Source of the DNA: Utricularia gibba
Taxonomy: Eukaryota > Plantae > Magnoliophyta
Length of the DNA: 64,000 nt
NCBI GenBank assembly: GCA_002189035.1
Contig: CM007989.1
Span: 6,262,001 to 6,326,000 of the forward strand
Direction of reading: 5' to 3'
The notes below the pieces were generated by a model. It was given only the letters and a program-made list of their open reading frames with translations. It was not told the origin of the DNA and made no database searches. Shown here piece by piece: positions 14,151 to 28,376 of this stretch. The translations under genes and the position numbers were made by a program. The number at the start of each line of letters is the position of its first letter. The stretch's first letter is position 1.

Positions 14151-14499
14151 TTTTCTTTAGAGTTAATATCAAAGATACTCTGTCATGTTCAGGAAAAAGC
14201 CTTGTACAATATTTACATTGTAATTCTATTTAATCTCATCTTCTTTCTCATTTATAATCAATGTGAGATTCACTTAAGGTGATCCTATCACCCTTCTTTG
14301 GATGGAGCATTACATATTGAAAAATAATCTCAATCAGCCTTCTTTGATCACTTAAGGTAATCAATTCCAATTGTTGCTATCAAGAAAATATTATCATAAT
14401 TAATAAAATTAGTATATAAGAATTATTTTTGCAAAAATATGTAAAATTAGATACATTACACTTAATTGTGACCTTTAGCTTAATGCTAGATTAACATTA

Positions 14500-15040
14500 A
14501 CATTGATCAAGACTTCAATTTTCACTTGTGAGAAGTTGGACATGTACCAAATCTCAAATTAAACTTAATGATAGTAAAGTTGCTTAATTGAGAAGATTAT
14601 GTCAATCGCTTAAATAAGGGCCGATGGAAATTGATAACATGATCCAAGGTGGTGGCCAAAGGTCATTTGAAGAACATTTTGTACACAACGTTGATTTACA
14701 CTAGGACATTTGAGATAAATGCAACAAAGAAGTATGAGTCTAATTATGCACTATGGCATAAAAGATTCAATCATGTTGGTGCAATGTATGTACTGAAACT
14801 CTTTGAAAAAGAAATTAATAGATCAATAATTGAACAACACTCATTTAACCTTTGATGATTATGTTCATGGCAAGCAATATCAAGCAGCATTCATGGAAAA
14901 AAAAAAGAAAATAAATTCGATCTTGAATATATTATATTATAATATATGCAACATGAATTATAACAGGTGAAAAAATCATATTTTATCTTATTTATTGATG
15001 AAGCTACAAGGAAGAGTTGTGCATTTATATGTCAAATAAT
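14500..15040 (+). mobile_element. Degenerate Ty1/Copia (Tnt1-like) pol fragment, from post-protease region to integrase N-terminus
   Basis: Translated pieces VGHVPNLKLNLM..GRWKL..VVAKG..LY, ALWHKRFNHVG (gag-pre-integrase WHxRxxH), DDYVHGKQYQAAF and KSYFILFIDEATRK occur in Copia order. Broken by stops and frameshifts; no LTRs seen. Confidence 0.7.
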
Positions 15041-15494
15041 ACAGATCAATTTTACCAATGAGAATTAAACATATAATTTATGTTAAATAGCACTGATTAC
15101 TTTTACTATTAAACTAAATGATGAGGATTTTTTATGCTAAAATTGCATTTACATTTTCATGTTGGGGTGACAATCAACTTTCTATTTTGATATTTCAATT
15201 ATCAATTTTTGTAAAAAAAATTTTGAAAACGGACACCAATGATTTAATTAATCTAGTATGTTAAAAAAAATTTAAAAGAAAAGAATTCATTTCAATTAGC
15301 TGGTTGTCAATTGATCTATTTTTATAATAAAAAAAATTGTATATTCAAACCAAATCATGAACGGATAAGCTAACTTTTCGACTATTCTTACAATAAATCT
15401 GAATTAATCGTTTGTTCAATTCTTTTGGAATTTACACCCTCGTTTCCACCTTACTCTATGGAATGCGTAGTAGTGCCTATCATAAAAGGTGTAA

Positions 15495-15568
15495 GGCCCA
15501 CTATTGAACGGGCTTTTGATATTGGGCCGGCGGCCTACCAATTTTATTTCGATTTCAAAGCCCACGTG
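15495..15568 (+). promoter_or_regulatory. Site II (TGGGCY) cluster plus G-box upstream of the coiled-coil gene
   Basis: GGCCCA 15495-15500, TGGGCC 15523-15528, AGCCCA 15559-15564, CACGTG 15563-15568. Confidence 0.55.
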
Positions 15569-15775
15569 TGTTACCGATGAATCCGACCGTTGAAGTAACC
15601 TATTTTCCACAAACCAAAAAATTTCTACAACGTTCACTTTCTTCCCTTTTCTCTCTCCTCCACATCCCACTGCTCAAATCTTCGTCTTCTTCTCAAGTGT
15701 TCCTGCAAAATTTCTATTTGGTTCGCTCGTGCTAGTTTGATTTCGAGAGATTTTCTGTTTTTTTTCATATAACAG

Positions 15776-17574
15776 ATGGTTAGACGAAAGCCCACCGGCG
15801 GAGCAGTCGATCTGGAGAAGAATTGGGGGAAGATTTTCAATGCAATGGTGACGCTCACAAAGAATCTGGAAAAAGAGAGAAAAATGCTTGAAGGCGAGAT
15901 TAAATATTTGAATGGGGTGGTTCATAAGGTAAATCCTTTTTGTGTAAATTTTGTAGGTGTTTTCCCGCCGAAGGGGGAAATGGGGTCTTTGAGTGATCAT
16001 GGATTCTTAACTTTTTATGGCAGATGAAAATGGAAAAAAAAGTCGTCGCAGCGAAATATGAGTTCTTGTTTGCTGTAAAAGAGACCAAAGCGTCCCTGTT
16101 CAAGGAGAGATATGGTATGCATATATATCAAAGACATCATGCACTAAGTCGGTTAATCTGTTAAGCATGCATATTCGTTGCTCTTATGAGTGAACCAGGC
16201 GGGTTCTAGAAGTAGCATTTGTTCATTCTTTTGAGAAATGGGAAGATGGCAGTCTCGGGATGCATTGAAATCAGTTGCGTTTGCAAGTGACACACAATAA
16301 CATCTGACTTTGAACACATTTCTGGGATCAGGTTCATTTCTTTTGCCCTTAGAAACTTTATTTTTAATTGTAGAGACTGCAGATGGTGACTTGGATGACA
16401 TGCGAGCATTCTTTGAGCAGCTCTCTCGGAAAAGTTCGGCGACACCGGTATGTTTGTGTTAAATAAATTCATCATGCGGTTTCATGATTGGTATAATCAC
16501 TTTCTTGATTGATTTAGGTTTGTGGTTTTGTATTTATCAGAATGCATCTAGTGCTGGTAGCAAGGGCGGCGGCTCAAAAAAAGACACGTTTGAAAATGAA
16601 GTAAGGAAGCTGCAAGCTGAGCTCGAGAAGTGCCAATCGGAGAAAAATCTTGAAATTTCTGCACTGCTTTCAGAGAAAAAGTTTATCTGGAATCAGTATA
16701 ATACAATGGAAGGCAATCTCAAACAGCAACTCAAGAAAAAAGATCTGGAAGTTAAACAGGCAAATGAAAAGATATCTATGCTCATGGATAGAGTTGAGGA
16801 ATTGAAAGCCTCAAACGAAAGGTGGACAGCTGATCATGCCAAGGTTCAATTGGAATCAGATCAAAAGAGCAAAGAGATTTCTAGACTGTTGAAGGAAATT
16901 GAGCACTTAAAATCCAGATCAGAATCATCTTCCCCTTTATTACAAGTCTGCCAGTCACAACGTGCTGCATCCCGTGGAAAATCTGTCAAAGTGGGTACTG
17001 GTACTGGTCGAAGTCTTATCAAAGTGAAGAAAGAAGTTGGCTCTTTGGTAAGTTGACTTTTTCATGTGTGCAAAAACTATGATATCGTTCTTGTGATGCA
17101 ACTATGTTTGCTTCTTGAATTGTGCTTTTGTTCTATTATTCAATTCTTTGGATGATTTTTTTGAAATGCATAGAAAGCCTCCTAGAACTTATCCACTCTA
17201 AATTTGTCACGTGCTAACCATTCAAACGGTTTAAACAAGTGCTTCTGCTATATGCAGATGACACATACCAGGGGTGCTCACACCTCAAATGGACGTAGAG
17301 CTTCCAAGGTCTGTTTGTTCGTTTTTTTTGTTTCTTTTGGATCTTTGTTTACTCTGCATTTGTTAATTATGTTTACAGAACTTAGAAAACCAAACTTGCT
17401 CATGATTCTGATGTAATAAATACTGACCTGCAGGATCGCAGAAGAAGCTCAACAGGGAAAGCAATTGAATGCATTAAAATCACAGATGATGATGCCCTCA
17501 GCACCCCAAAGTTGTTCACATCCTCGTTCAAGGTCCCCAAACTGAAGACATCTTCCTCTCCGCACGCAGCTTAG
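15776..17574 (+). CDS. Coiled-coil uncharacterised protein (resembles 'cytomatrix protein-related' plant family), 6 exons
   Basis: GT-AG exons splice in frame. N-terminal NWGKIFNAMV..ERKMLE, central heptads (EKNLEISALLSEKKFIWNQY), C-terminal LFTSSFKVPKLK; stop TAG at 17572-17574. Family name is from recall. Confidence 0.8.
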
Positions 17575-18021
17575 TTCTGGGAGTCATCTTCCTTTTGTTG
17601 CCGGACGTTTTCCGGAGTTGAGTTTTAATAGGTATGTGTGTATATTGCTTCTCTAGATTTAGAAATGTTGTATGCTAATATTCCTTGATGCTTAGTTGTA
17701 TCATATGTATGCCTTTTTTAATATGGTCATATCAGTAGCAACTCTTCGTGTGTTGTTTGATGTGAAGAATACATGACAGCTCGATCATGTTCCTGTGTTA
17801 TCATTTTAAGGAGATATCCATATCCTGTAACTTTTTCAAAGGGTCCATTGCAAGAGGCAGTGTTACCCCTAAATTCAAATTCTCTGTGAGCATTGAAAAG
17901 TTGCAGAAGCAGAAGAAGCCTGGACAATTGACAGGGTAGCAGTTGGGGAACAGCGATGAACGTAGTTAATGAAAATGGACGTGTGAGAAGAAAGAAGGCG
18001 GGAGAGTTGAGAGTCGTTTCC

Positions 18022-20588
18022 TCAAGATGCCGTTCTCCATTCCATCTCAATCTGGATACGCCCATTCTTGGAGTCGATCAGATGGTACCTCTCGTTTATG
18101 CGTTTGTTGCTCACCACGTCTGATAGATACACATCCAGATACCCAAGAGTTTCCTGCAACAGCATACATGACACTTATCAACAACGTACCAGAGGATTGA
18201 GTGTATATGTAACTTAGCTACCTTAGGATGTAGCAGGCCCATTCCTTTGGAAGTACTAACTACCTCAATATGGACCCTTTCATTGGTGGGCGGTTCCTCG
18301 AGCATGAACTCAAACTTCTGTTCCCATCTGGGATCTCTGTTCTTTTTCACCACCTGCATAATCAGCAAGCCCCCTTATTCTCTGAAACAGGGAGCAGGAA
18401 GTGATGTCGATTCTACGAATCCCACATGCTTCTCACCTTTGTTCTGTGTTCCTCTCCACGGAAGATAAGCCGTACAGATGGGTTGGTATGGTGTTTGCCC
18501 TCCAAATCTTGAGCCTCATGAACAGTGATCACGAGCAAACCACCGCCCTCAGGTGTTCCTTCTGGAGCTTTTTGGACACCATTTGAATCCTCCACATTGC
18601 TAGGCACCTCGTCACCCTTGAAAGGTTTGTAATTGACTTCGAGTACAAGTTGGCCTCGTGATTTCTCATTTTGCGCATCATCTGGATTCAGATTCTTGAG
18701 AAGATCAAGCGTGAGGACCTTTGGTTCCTCTGGGGTCAAGTCCTTAAGTGGAACAACATTCAATCCCATCTTGTCGTGGGATCCAACCTGAGCAAGTGGA
18801 AGTGAAAGCGCCATCAGCTCACTGGCAGAGATATAGAAAAGGAAGGATACATTAGAAAACGAACCTGTTCCCAGTCATAAACCGAGAACTCAAGAAGCTG
18901 CGTTTCAGGATCCTTGACGACGAAGGTGAATTCCTCATTCCATTCCGGATTCAGGTTCTTATGTTTCACACTTGTTTTCTTGGATGGCAGTTTGTCGTCG
19001 CTCATCTTCAGCTTCACATATGGATCAGATGCTCCTAAAAGATCCTTCTTCTTCAACTTTGTTGCTCTAACAACAGTGACATTTAGAAGTCCTACTGGTT
19101 TCAGCTCGGCTCTGGTGGATATAGGAACCCAAGAACATGATCAGAACCTCAACACTTGCTGCATTCATCATTTGAGCAACAAAAACTTACTTCGAAGGAT
19201 CCAATACTTGAACTTCAAGCCTTTTTGGCCATAAATACATATTTGCAACCTGATCTTTTATAGTTTCCTGGAAAACCACACAACTTAAGATAACCAGAGA
19301 ATGCACAACACATAATATAAGATAAATGACTTCAGCTATGGATTTCAACGTTAAGAATGAGAAAAGGTGAATTATATTCACCTGCACAAATCTGTAAGCT
19401 CCGGGAATTGACATCACATCAGCACCAAACAGCTTGACACCGAAGTCTACATGGGGCTACAAGAGAGGATTTGCAATGAAGAAAACCATTTCAAACATCA
19501 GTACTCTTGTGTGAAACTAGATTTTGGTTGATGTTCCTTACCCTCTCCATGAGGGATACATGGATATTAGCAAAACAAGGAAAGCTTGGAACAAGAGGCT
19601 TCAGCGTGATGCGTGGAGAAGCGAATACTTGCAAATCAAGTACCTGACGAAAGACTCGGAAATATTCATCACACATTGCTAGGAATACATTGAACGAACA
19701 TAAAAAAGGCACCAGAAACTGAAGTACCTGGACGGTGGCTTTTAGGCCAAACGCCTTTGCAGCAACTACGATATTAGGATTGGCTGCCCACTTCAAGCCC
19801 AGTTCCATGATCAGTTCCTTTTCTTCAGTGTTATAAACTTTGATACCTGCATTCATAAGTCAGATAAGCAGAAGAGATTTTCAACAGGTGAAGCAACTAT
19901 CAAGTGCGGGGCTGAGGAAACCTTCAAATGTAGGTGGTAGGCTGCCAAGAGTTAAGGTTTCAAAATCCACAGAATCAATTTTGTATTTTGGAATTTGCTC
20001 AGCAACTATAGGGACTGCTATTTTCTTTGCCGTCGTGCAAATAGCCTGAACATTCCCAAAACTTAGTTATCCACACAACTATCCTTCACATCCAAAGCAG
20101 CAACATCACAAGTATACCTTGTTCAAATAAGGCCACATGTGTTCAATGAACCTATTCAGCCAATCAACCTGAAAAGATAGAGGCAACCTTTGTGCAGAAT
20201 GTCTTAGGTAGTGAAATAAACCCCTGCTCATGCTCAGTTTCACATAAAGCATTCAAATTGTAGCAACGAAATCCAACTTACACGGTCATAGTCAGGATTC
20301 TTGATCCAGAGAGGTATTTCTGGGAGAAGTTGCTGCAGACTATTGGCATCTTTCTCTACTAACGGGCGAATTTCAGGATCCTGAACATCAACAATACAAC
20401 ATAACCCCAAAACTAGAATCAATATTTTCAGGGATGTCTCAAGGCAAACAATCAAGCAGAGAAACGTGTTAACCCACCCGTACGTCTGTCGGCTGAAAGT
20501 AGATGAAAAGAAAGTACCCAATAGCAAGACCAATAGTAATCCCTACACCAAACCCTAAAAACCCAAAAATCGTACTTACAAGACCCAT
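18022..20588 (-). CDS. SYT: Synaptotagmin (SYT1/SYT2-type): TM, SMP and two C2 domains; 12 exons
   Basis: MGLVSTIFGFLGFGVGITIGLAIGY, LPEIPLWIKNPDYDRVDWLN, C2A LKKKDLLGASDPYVKLK..LNPEWNEEF, C2B DLEGKHHTNP..RDPRWEQKF, ends NGRIQIEMEWRTAS*. All introns GT-AG. Confidence 0.95.
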
Positions 20589-22999
20589 CTCCTATCTCTC
20601 CCACCGAGTCACAACAATATCTCACAAATCACAAACATTCATTACATAATATCACGAAATGGGAAAAACGGTGGAACCCAGATCCCAATATCAGAAAAAA
20701 TCCAACACCCAGAAGCCAGAGGAGAGTGAGCAGCGACCACAGAGACAAGGAGAGCTCAAAAAGCGTAAAGGAGCTCTCCCCCTCAGTCCTGGGAAACCCA
20801 ATCCCAACAGGCATCGCGAACAATAAAAGACAGCACAAATGCTCCCTGGTGCTGCGCCTGCCAGGCTGCCAATCCTCGCATTCAACGCAACCCCATCTGG
20901 GATCCGCAGATACCACCCCGTTGTGAGCGCAGAAGCGTCCCTACAACACTCGACAATATGCGCCTCCATGATGGGTGCCTTGTCGGCAAACGGGCGTGAC
21001 GCCTCACGTTTCCGTTGGTTACTTTAAAAATATTTAATATTCGCAATTATCCTCTCCCCCAATTATCATTCAACACGTGCTACCCCCACTTTAATTAACA
21101 ATTTGAATTTCAAGTCAGCTTCCCATCCGTTATTTTATTTTCTTAAAACAGAAAAAAATATATTAAATCAATCCGTATGATTCTTGCCATCGACTCTCGT
21201 GTGCACTTGTAATATATCTCTTTTTAGGTTAACGGTAACCTCTATTGTCCTAGAAATAATAAATTGAAATATAAATCATATATATTTGATATTTTATATC
21301 ATTAATTTATAAAATTATTTCATATGTATGATTTGACTCAATTAAAATAATTATATAATAATTGATGATATGCTGAAAAATGCTTTGTGACATCACACAT
21401 GATAACTATGAATCAATCATTAGTTTTTTATAATCTAAATCATTTTTCAAAATGTGGAAGCAATTTATGCAAAATTTTCTAAAATATTAAGTTGGTTGAT
21501 AATCTTTTAAACATAACAAATAAACTATTTTATTATCTTATTTAAAAACATTCTCAATGACTTAAGTTGTTATTCTATATCTCTATTCTTAATTTTTTGA
21601 TGGTATCATCCTCTTTAAACTCTAATGATAATTTACTTTGTAGTTTGGTCATCATCCGACAAATGATTGAGCAATTAAGATACAAGAAAATAGTAACGTT
21701 GGCTACTATTTTTCGAGCTTAAAATACTTCATTACAAATATGAGATAATTTGATATATATAATATGCTATGCAATTGAATAGTTTGATATTTAATAAATA
21801 TGATACTCTGAGATATATATGACTTCATGTAGAGAGATAAAAGATGTAGTATGTTCTATCAAACTTCTAAATAGTATTAAAAGTTTATATATATGTTGAT
21901 GAAGATAACAATCTATGTTATTTTGCTTTTACATCAAATGTTAAATGGTTATATGTAATTCATAAGCATTGTAATGTAATCTTCACAATATTATTTGGTA
22001 CAAGAGTTGAATAAAAATTCAAAACATAAGATGCAAATTTTTAAATAGTAGATAATCCAATAATAAAAATAATAAAAAAAGTAACACAACGCCTTCAATC
22101 TACTACATTTAAAGATTGAACAATAAACTCTCACTCGCCACCATATGATGTTGAGCAATTATATAAGATCCTTGCCTAAATTTACAAAAAATTGATTCAA
22201 TAGATTAATGATAATCTTTTTTAAATTCATTTTGTACAATTCACATATTTTGCACTACTTGTTTTAAATTAGTAATTAAATGTTTCTCTTTTATTAGTTT
22301 TCATTAGTATTTCAATTTATCACTAATATCTTCTTTTCTTTCATTATTTTTATTTTTATTCATTATTTTTTAATTGGAAAAATCACAATGAAGTGAAATA
22401 TATAAAAAAAATATAAACTTTTTGTAACAAAATATAATAATTATTTTTAAAAATAATAATGACACATGTTAATTATCGATTATACTGATAAAAAATAAAT
22501 TATTTCAACAAACAATATCTATCCATTATTTCAATAAACATAATTATATATATTGTTTTAATAAATAATAGCATATCAATCATAATAAAAATTTATTCTA
22601 TAAACATTCAAATAAATTAACCATAAAAAGTGTTGCACAAAACATACCTTTTCATTTTGATGGCTTCTATATCTGTCGCATACAAGTTTTTCTATAAATA
22701 ACATCGTACACAAATTGGACATAATAATAATGACTCTATTTTTTTGTAAATTTTAAATTATATTTTTTTAATTTCATGTTATTACATTTTCTTATAGATA
22801 AATATGTGGATTATGATTTTGGTTCGACCCAAAATATTGACGGAGATTCATTTTTGAAATTCAGTAATAAAAATAAGTTGGCTTGTGTTGATCACATTCT
22901 TCAAAATTCAGAAGACAAATAAGATATGTTTGACAAAAATACACGTTGTGAGTTGGAGAATAATAATGAATGGCCTCCTAATACAAATTTACACAATAT

Positions 23000-24900
23000 A
23001 GAAAAATAAATGAGTAATCATAAAGTATATACACATAAATAGAAACTAAGATTTAAAGAAAATGATCTTTTTAAAGATAAAAAAAATTTTGTAGACAAAT
23101 TAAAGAATTTTCAATTGAAAATGAAAAGAGTTTATTATTAATGATACTGAGCGACTCCTTAAGATGTATTGTAAACAATTGGACACTCAAAATTATTACT
23201 GCAGAATTCATACATTACATTAAAAATACTTGTGGAAATGAAATATCTCAAAACTTATTAAGTCTCACACATGTAAGCAGCTAGGAGCATGATTCTTTTA
23301 CCAAAGAAATATTGTTTACGACTATATGTTTGAGATACTAAATTTTATATTAAAGTAGACATTAAGATCAAAGTATCAACAATTAATGCAGTTGTGTTAA
23401 CTAAAATTGGTTAGAAGTATCATATAAACGAGCATAGTATAAAATGAGAAAGACATTTGAAAATGTGTATGGTATATTAAAGTAATCAATTAAGAAACTT
23501 TTTACTTTCTTAATTAAGTTGCATTACAAAATCCAAGCATCGTAATCCAATGGAAACTTACGGAAGACGGAGTTATGTTGCGCTATTACTTTAGACGTTT
23601 GAGCCATGTATACATGCATATCAACAAGTTCATCCAGTTATTTTAATCTCTACAACACATTCATATGTGACGTATAGACACAAAATGCTTATTGCAGTGA
23701 TTGTATCTCAATGTGGAAAACTTTTCATACTTGACTTTGCCATGATAAATAAAGAAATTGATGCTTCTTGACTATGGTTTCTAGAGTTTGTGGGAACTTA
23801 TATTGTTTTAGTAAAACCCAAGTATTTAATTTTTTATAGGTGTGAGTCTATTTAAAAAACAGCAACTAAAATTACAATATTCAATGAAGAATTTAGAAAA
23901 TATCGTCACTATTGTTTCACCATTTTCAAGAAAATTTCTTCAACACGTTCAAATTTGAGCCTATTCGAACATTGTTCCTTAAAGCATCATACGTCGATTA
24001 TCTGGAAAAAATTCATAATTATATGAAAAGATCTCAAAACGATAAATATTATAGCTTGGAACTATTTAATGAATATACCTTCCATGGCTTGGATAATATC
24101 TCGCAATGATAGTTGAAGATATAGAATAATGACTATCAACTAAGTCGAAGAAATGAACGGTGTTCTCAAAAAATCATAATATCTTCTACTTATGGCATTA
24201 GCTCATATACCATTAATGTGAGTTTCATGTTTTAAATTTAATGAAAATCTTGTAAATAATAACATGCAAGCCACGTTTGCTTGATATAAGAAATATATTT
24301 CGGAAGGTTTGGAGTTGACATTCGTGGCTCAAATGAAAAATGAAGTATTTTCAACACAAACGTAATGATTGTCTGATCATTGAGACAAACCCAATCCTTA
24401 TTCGAGAATAGAGATTTATGATCGCTATGAAATGATAGTTTATATAACTACCCAAAGTAAAGCAAATATGAAAAATAATGTTTGAGTCGTGCGAAACAAG
24501 GATGGAAAATTCATGTGATGCAAATGACAAAATTATAAAGAACTATATGTATGCACAACACCATAATTTAATAATGTCAATTTATTCAATATGAAAATCA
24601 TGTATTATTTGAACATTGAAAGAGACTTAGAATTGATTAAAAACAATATATAGATTCATACAGTTACAACAACATGTATTGACCATATACAAGGTCTAAT
24701 TCCATACACTTCAAACAGAAAAACATTGGACTCTAGCAATTTTTCTAGTTTATGATTCTAGACTTAAAAAAGTGATTAGATATAGTTGTAGATGATATAA
24801 GATAAATGTGAAAAAGGAAAGAAGCAAAAGAATAATATGAAGACTTGGTGGAAGAACAAATTTTCACAAGATACAAATTAATTCGTATATAACTCTCATC
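23000..24900 (+). mobile_element. Second degenerate MULE/MuDR transposase remnant
   Basis: About 23600-23790 translates as FEPCIHAYQQVHPVILISTTH..RHKMLIAVIVSQ..LFILDFAMI..S*LWFLE. The upstream 23040-23130 segment resembles the MuDR N-terminal region. Heavily decayed; boundaries approximate. Confidence 0.65.
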
Positions 24901-26309
24901 AAAGCTATTATGCATCTATTGATATATCTTAGTACTATAATTTCAAAAATGATCCTCAATAATCATGATCATCTCTTCAAAAAGTATCTCAAGGCATAAA
25001 CACTAGCTTTGATACTAACTCATCTATTCAATAGATTAGGAAGAAAAAGTCATTAGTTTGTAAATTTTTTGGATTGTTTGTGAAATTGGATTAGATATTA
25101 TCAATATACAAAATATTATTTGAAAAATATGAAAAAGTATGATCAATCGAATTTCACACACAAATATATTTTAACTCAAATAATTGTTACATGTTTATCG
25201 TAATTGTAATAGATTAATATGATATGTGACAATATAAGATCATTGTAATTTCTATGATAATATCACCTTCAACATAAATTTTGGTATGCAAAATTTATTT
25301 TCATTAATTAAAACATGATTATACTCTATATTAATGTGATATGCATATAATATATTTTATAGTTTAAAGTAAAAATAAATTCGAATATTTCATGAAATAT
25401 TATAAATATAAATATATTATTTTTGTTATATCATATAATTATAAAATGAATAATTTCTTTCAAAAATATTTTATGAATTATTTGGTTTTAATAATATAAA
25501 TATTTTTAAAAAAAATCATGAAATATTTATAATAGAAAATGTATTATTTAAATATTTTTATTTATTATATTTGAATGTATACGTTATCATTATATAAAAA
25601 TAATTCAAAAAAAAAAAGAAAGTAAGGTTGATAGTTTTTTACACATACTTAAGGTATTTTATGCATAATGATTGGTTTTAAAATTGAGAATTTTTACAGT
25701 TGATGGTTTTGGAAATGACCCCATCAGCTCATTTTTTTTAATGAGGCCTCTGACACACATCTCACAGATGATCAGCATTTCCCATGCCTACAGCTCAGGT
25801 AGATAGCCCTCAGCCGTCAACATCTCAAGGTTCAACCTTTCTCTTTTCTCAAAGGGTGAGGAGCTCACGAAGCTTTAAGGATCTCCAGTGTACATCCATC
25901 GAATGCGGGTCAAAAACACAGCAAGTATTCATGTAACCGGAGTGTTGTTCATGCTCCAAAACCAAAACAATCAAGTCTGATCATGGTGAGTGTTGTGCGC
26001 GTTCAAATTGCAAATTTTAGCTGCTAAAAAAACAATGTATTGAGGTTCTTGTTGTCTGAATCAATGGCAGTGCCCCTTAGCTACCACTTCTCCACGGTAT
26101 TAGAGGCTCAATGGTCTGTCTCTGAGCAAAGGAAGCAGCAAGAACATAGCAAAAGAAAAGTTATGAATTTGGTCAGTCTCAATGGTCTCTATTTCTCAAT
26201 AATCCTAATAAACCTAGTTACAAAAATGGTAGAAAGCATCCAACTTTCCATCACTACGCCCTCAACAAAACTTGTACTGAGTTTCTACAAGAAACTAGGT
26301 CCAGACATC

Positions 26310-28024
26310 TCAGAAAGGAATCGCATACGGCAGAGCATACATGTCCATCTCCGGCAGGTATTGCGCTCGAGGCCAAGAGGCTGAGCTGCAGCTGGCGGAG
26401 GGAAGGCATGGTGTCTGTCTTGCCTGCGGTGGGTGATGGCATTTTTCGGACTTCGTCTTGAACAACCAATCCTCACCATCCGAAGGGGGAGGAGCATCCA
26501 AGGGAAGTGGAACCCAGTTGTCTATGAGGTTAGCATACTTCAAATAGGCCTTGTGCTTTTTTCTTGTAGCGGAGTCCAGGGATGATGGTCCAGAGGCGCT
26601 TTTCACTGCATCAGGTGCATCAATCTGATGCAAAATGAGGGGTCTGTGATCTCCTTGGACCTTCGAATGTAAGTTTCGAGAAATGGTGGTTGCTCCACCT
26701 CCAGTGTTCACAGCATTGGCTGTTTCAATCTGATGATCAATGGGCAATCTACGATCTCCTTGTGTCTTAAAATGCAACCTTTGAGAAATAGTGGTTGCTC
26801 TGGATGCGTCTTCCCTAAAAACGAAGTCATTGTTCTTTATATTATGACGAGGCAGCGGATCTTCCTCCTTCCCCGAGGTCGAGCAGGGGTGTTCTTCAGT
26901 AGCTAAAGAATCAGAAAGACTCCGCTTTTTTGTTAACCGTATCCTTACAATCTTTTTATCTGTTAACAAAGGGAATGTCTTGTTAAAATGCTGTGAACAC
27001 AAAGAAAAATCAACCATTTGAGATTAAGATGAATGAATTAAAGCCATTTTACCAGATGAACGACGCTCGCAAGGAATTGGGGATAGGGGCCTCCTCCTAT
27101 TACTACTATTCTCTGTGCTCTCCGAAGAAGAAGTTGGAACATGCAATCTCACAGGCTGCTTAAGTTCCACGGTCACGCCACTCCGTTCCAAGGATTCAGT
27201 ATCAGCTGTAAACTTATGGTCAAGTGTCTTCCCCTTCGTATCAAGCCACTGTTTACCATTTATCTGTCCCTCAGTAGCCTTGTCTTTCTTCCCCTTCCTC
27301 TTACCACTCTTCTCAGTTTTACTATCCCTTCCTTGATCATTCACCCCTTCTTGTTGGAGCTTTAGTGAACAAGAAATATAGAACCAACCCAGGTAAGAAG
27401 TACTGGACCTTGGGAAATTGCAGAAAATTTCACCGAAGGTCGTGCATTTGAAAGGAACAAAGCCATTAAATCTAACACTCGAAAATCCCAATATTTCAAA
27501 CACATAACGACCACGGAAATCACGCCCCACAACGAGCAAAAAATACTTCGTGATATAAAAATGTTAACCGATTACGGTTAAAGAACCAAACAATATTTTT
27601 TACAGGTGATCCACGTTTCATTTTAAAGTATTTTTAGAATTTACAGTTACTTAAAAATTATTCCTTTGGAATGGTAGCAAGTGCACAGGATTCTACAAAC
27701 AGGGTACGCCTCGATGATATATTCGGAAATACTACGCGACGGCGACAAACGCCAGAACTCCCTAGATCCCACAATAACAGTCCAAGGGCAACAACATTAG
27801 GAACCTAGACACGCTACGGAACTTATTTTACGGTAGAATCAAGGGCCTCGTCCACACACAAAAGGGCAAACTAAACCCATATAGGCAAATCGGGAGGACT
27901 CATGCTCGTGGATAAACCAATCATGCTAATTGGTTAAACGAACCTTAGTCGATTGGATCATAGCAGCCTGGCTGTGCCGGCCGAGCGTATGGCCTGGAGG
28001 AGGGTACGGAAAACACCGAGCCAT
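26310..28024 (-). CDS. Uncharacterised plant protein of the M(S/A)RCFPYPPPG ... ALPY(A/T)(I/V)PF family, 3 exons
   Basis: Exons 28024-27944 (MARCFPYPPPGHTLG), 27359-27053 and 26959-26310 splice in frame with GT-AG. Contains ELKQPV, IVRIRL, DGEDWLFKTK and C-terminal WPRAQYLPEMDMYALPYAIPF. Confidence 0.85.
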
Positions 28025-28250
28025 CTTCCAGATCCAAATCGGGAAAACAAAACAGAAAAAAACGGAGTAACTATCCACGCCTAATCAGGCTTCGCCCAGA
28101 TTCACAAGAACACCGCCGGCAACAAGATCTGGGCTACAGGGGATGTGGAAGTTGTCGCTGTCTTGAGACTAGGGTTTCGGAACCCAGAGGCGGAAAACAA
28201 TAACAAAAAATAAGAGAGACGAGAGGCAACTTAATGGAGGGATTGGCGTG

Positions 28251-28376
28251 GTATTTATAGGCGGCACGGCTTAGGTTCACGCGGTTTTCAAAATGACATA
28301 ATCACCCTTTATTCATAGAATATTTAAAACATTGCCACACGGATCCAGCTGGCTCTCGTTATGGGCCTCTGGCCCA
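28251..28376 (-). promoter_or_regulatory. TATA box plus site II elements upstream of the 28024 gene
   Basis: Minus-strand CCTATAAATACC at about 28251-28262; TGGGCC 28362-28367 and GGCCCA 28371-28376. Confidence 0.55.

Noticed and set aside
20749-20792. 9-bp hairpin GGAGAGCTC...GAGCTCTCC and a miR319-like string in the SYT upstream region
   Set aside because: The match to miR319 needs a 3-nt insertion and the stem is far too short for a miRNA precursor.
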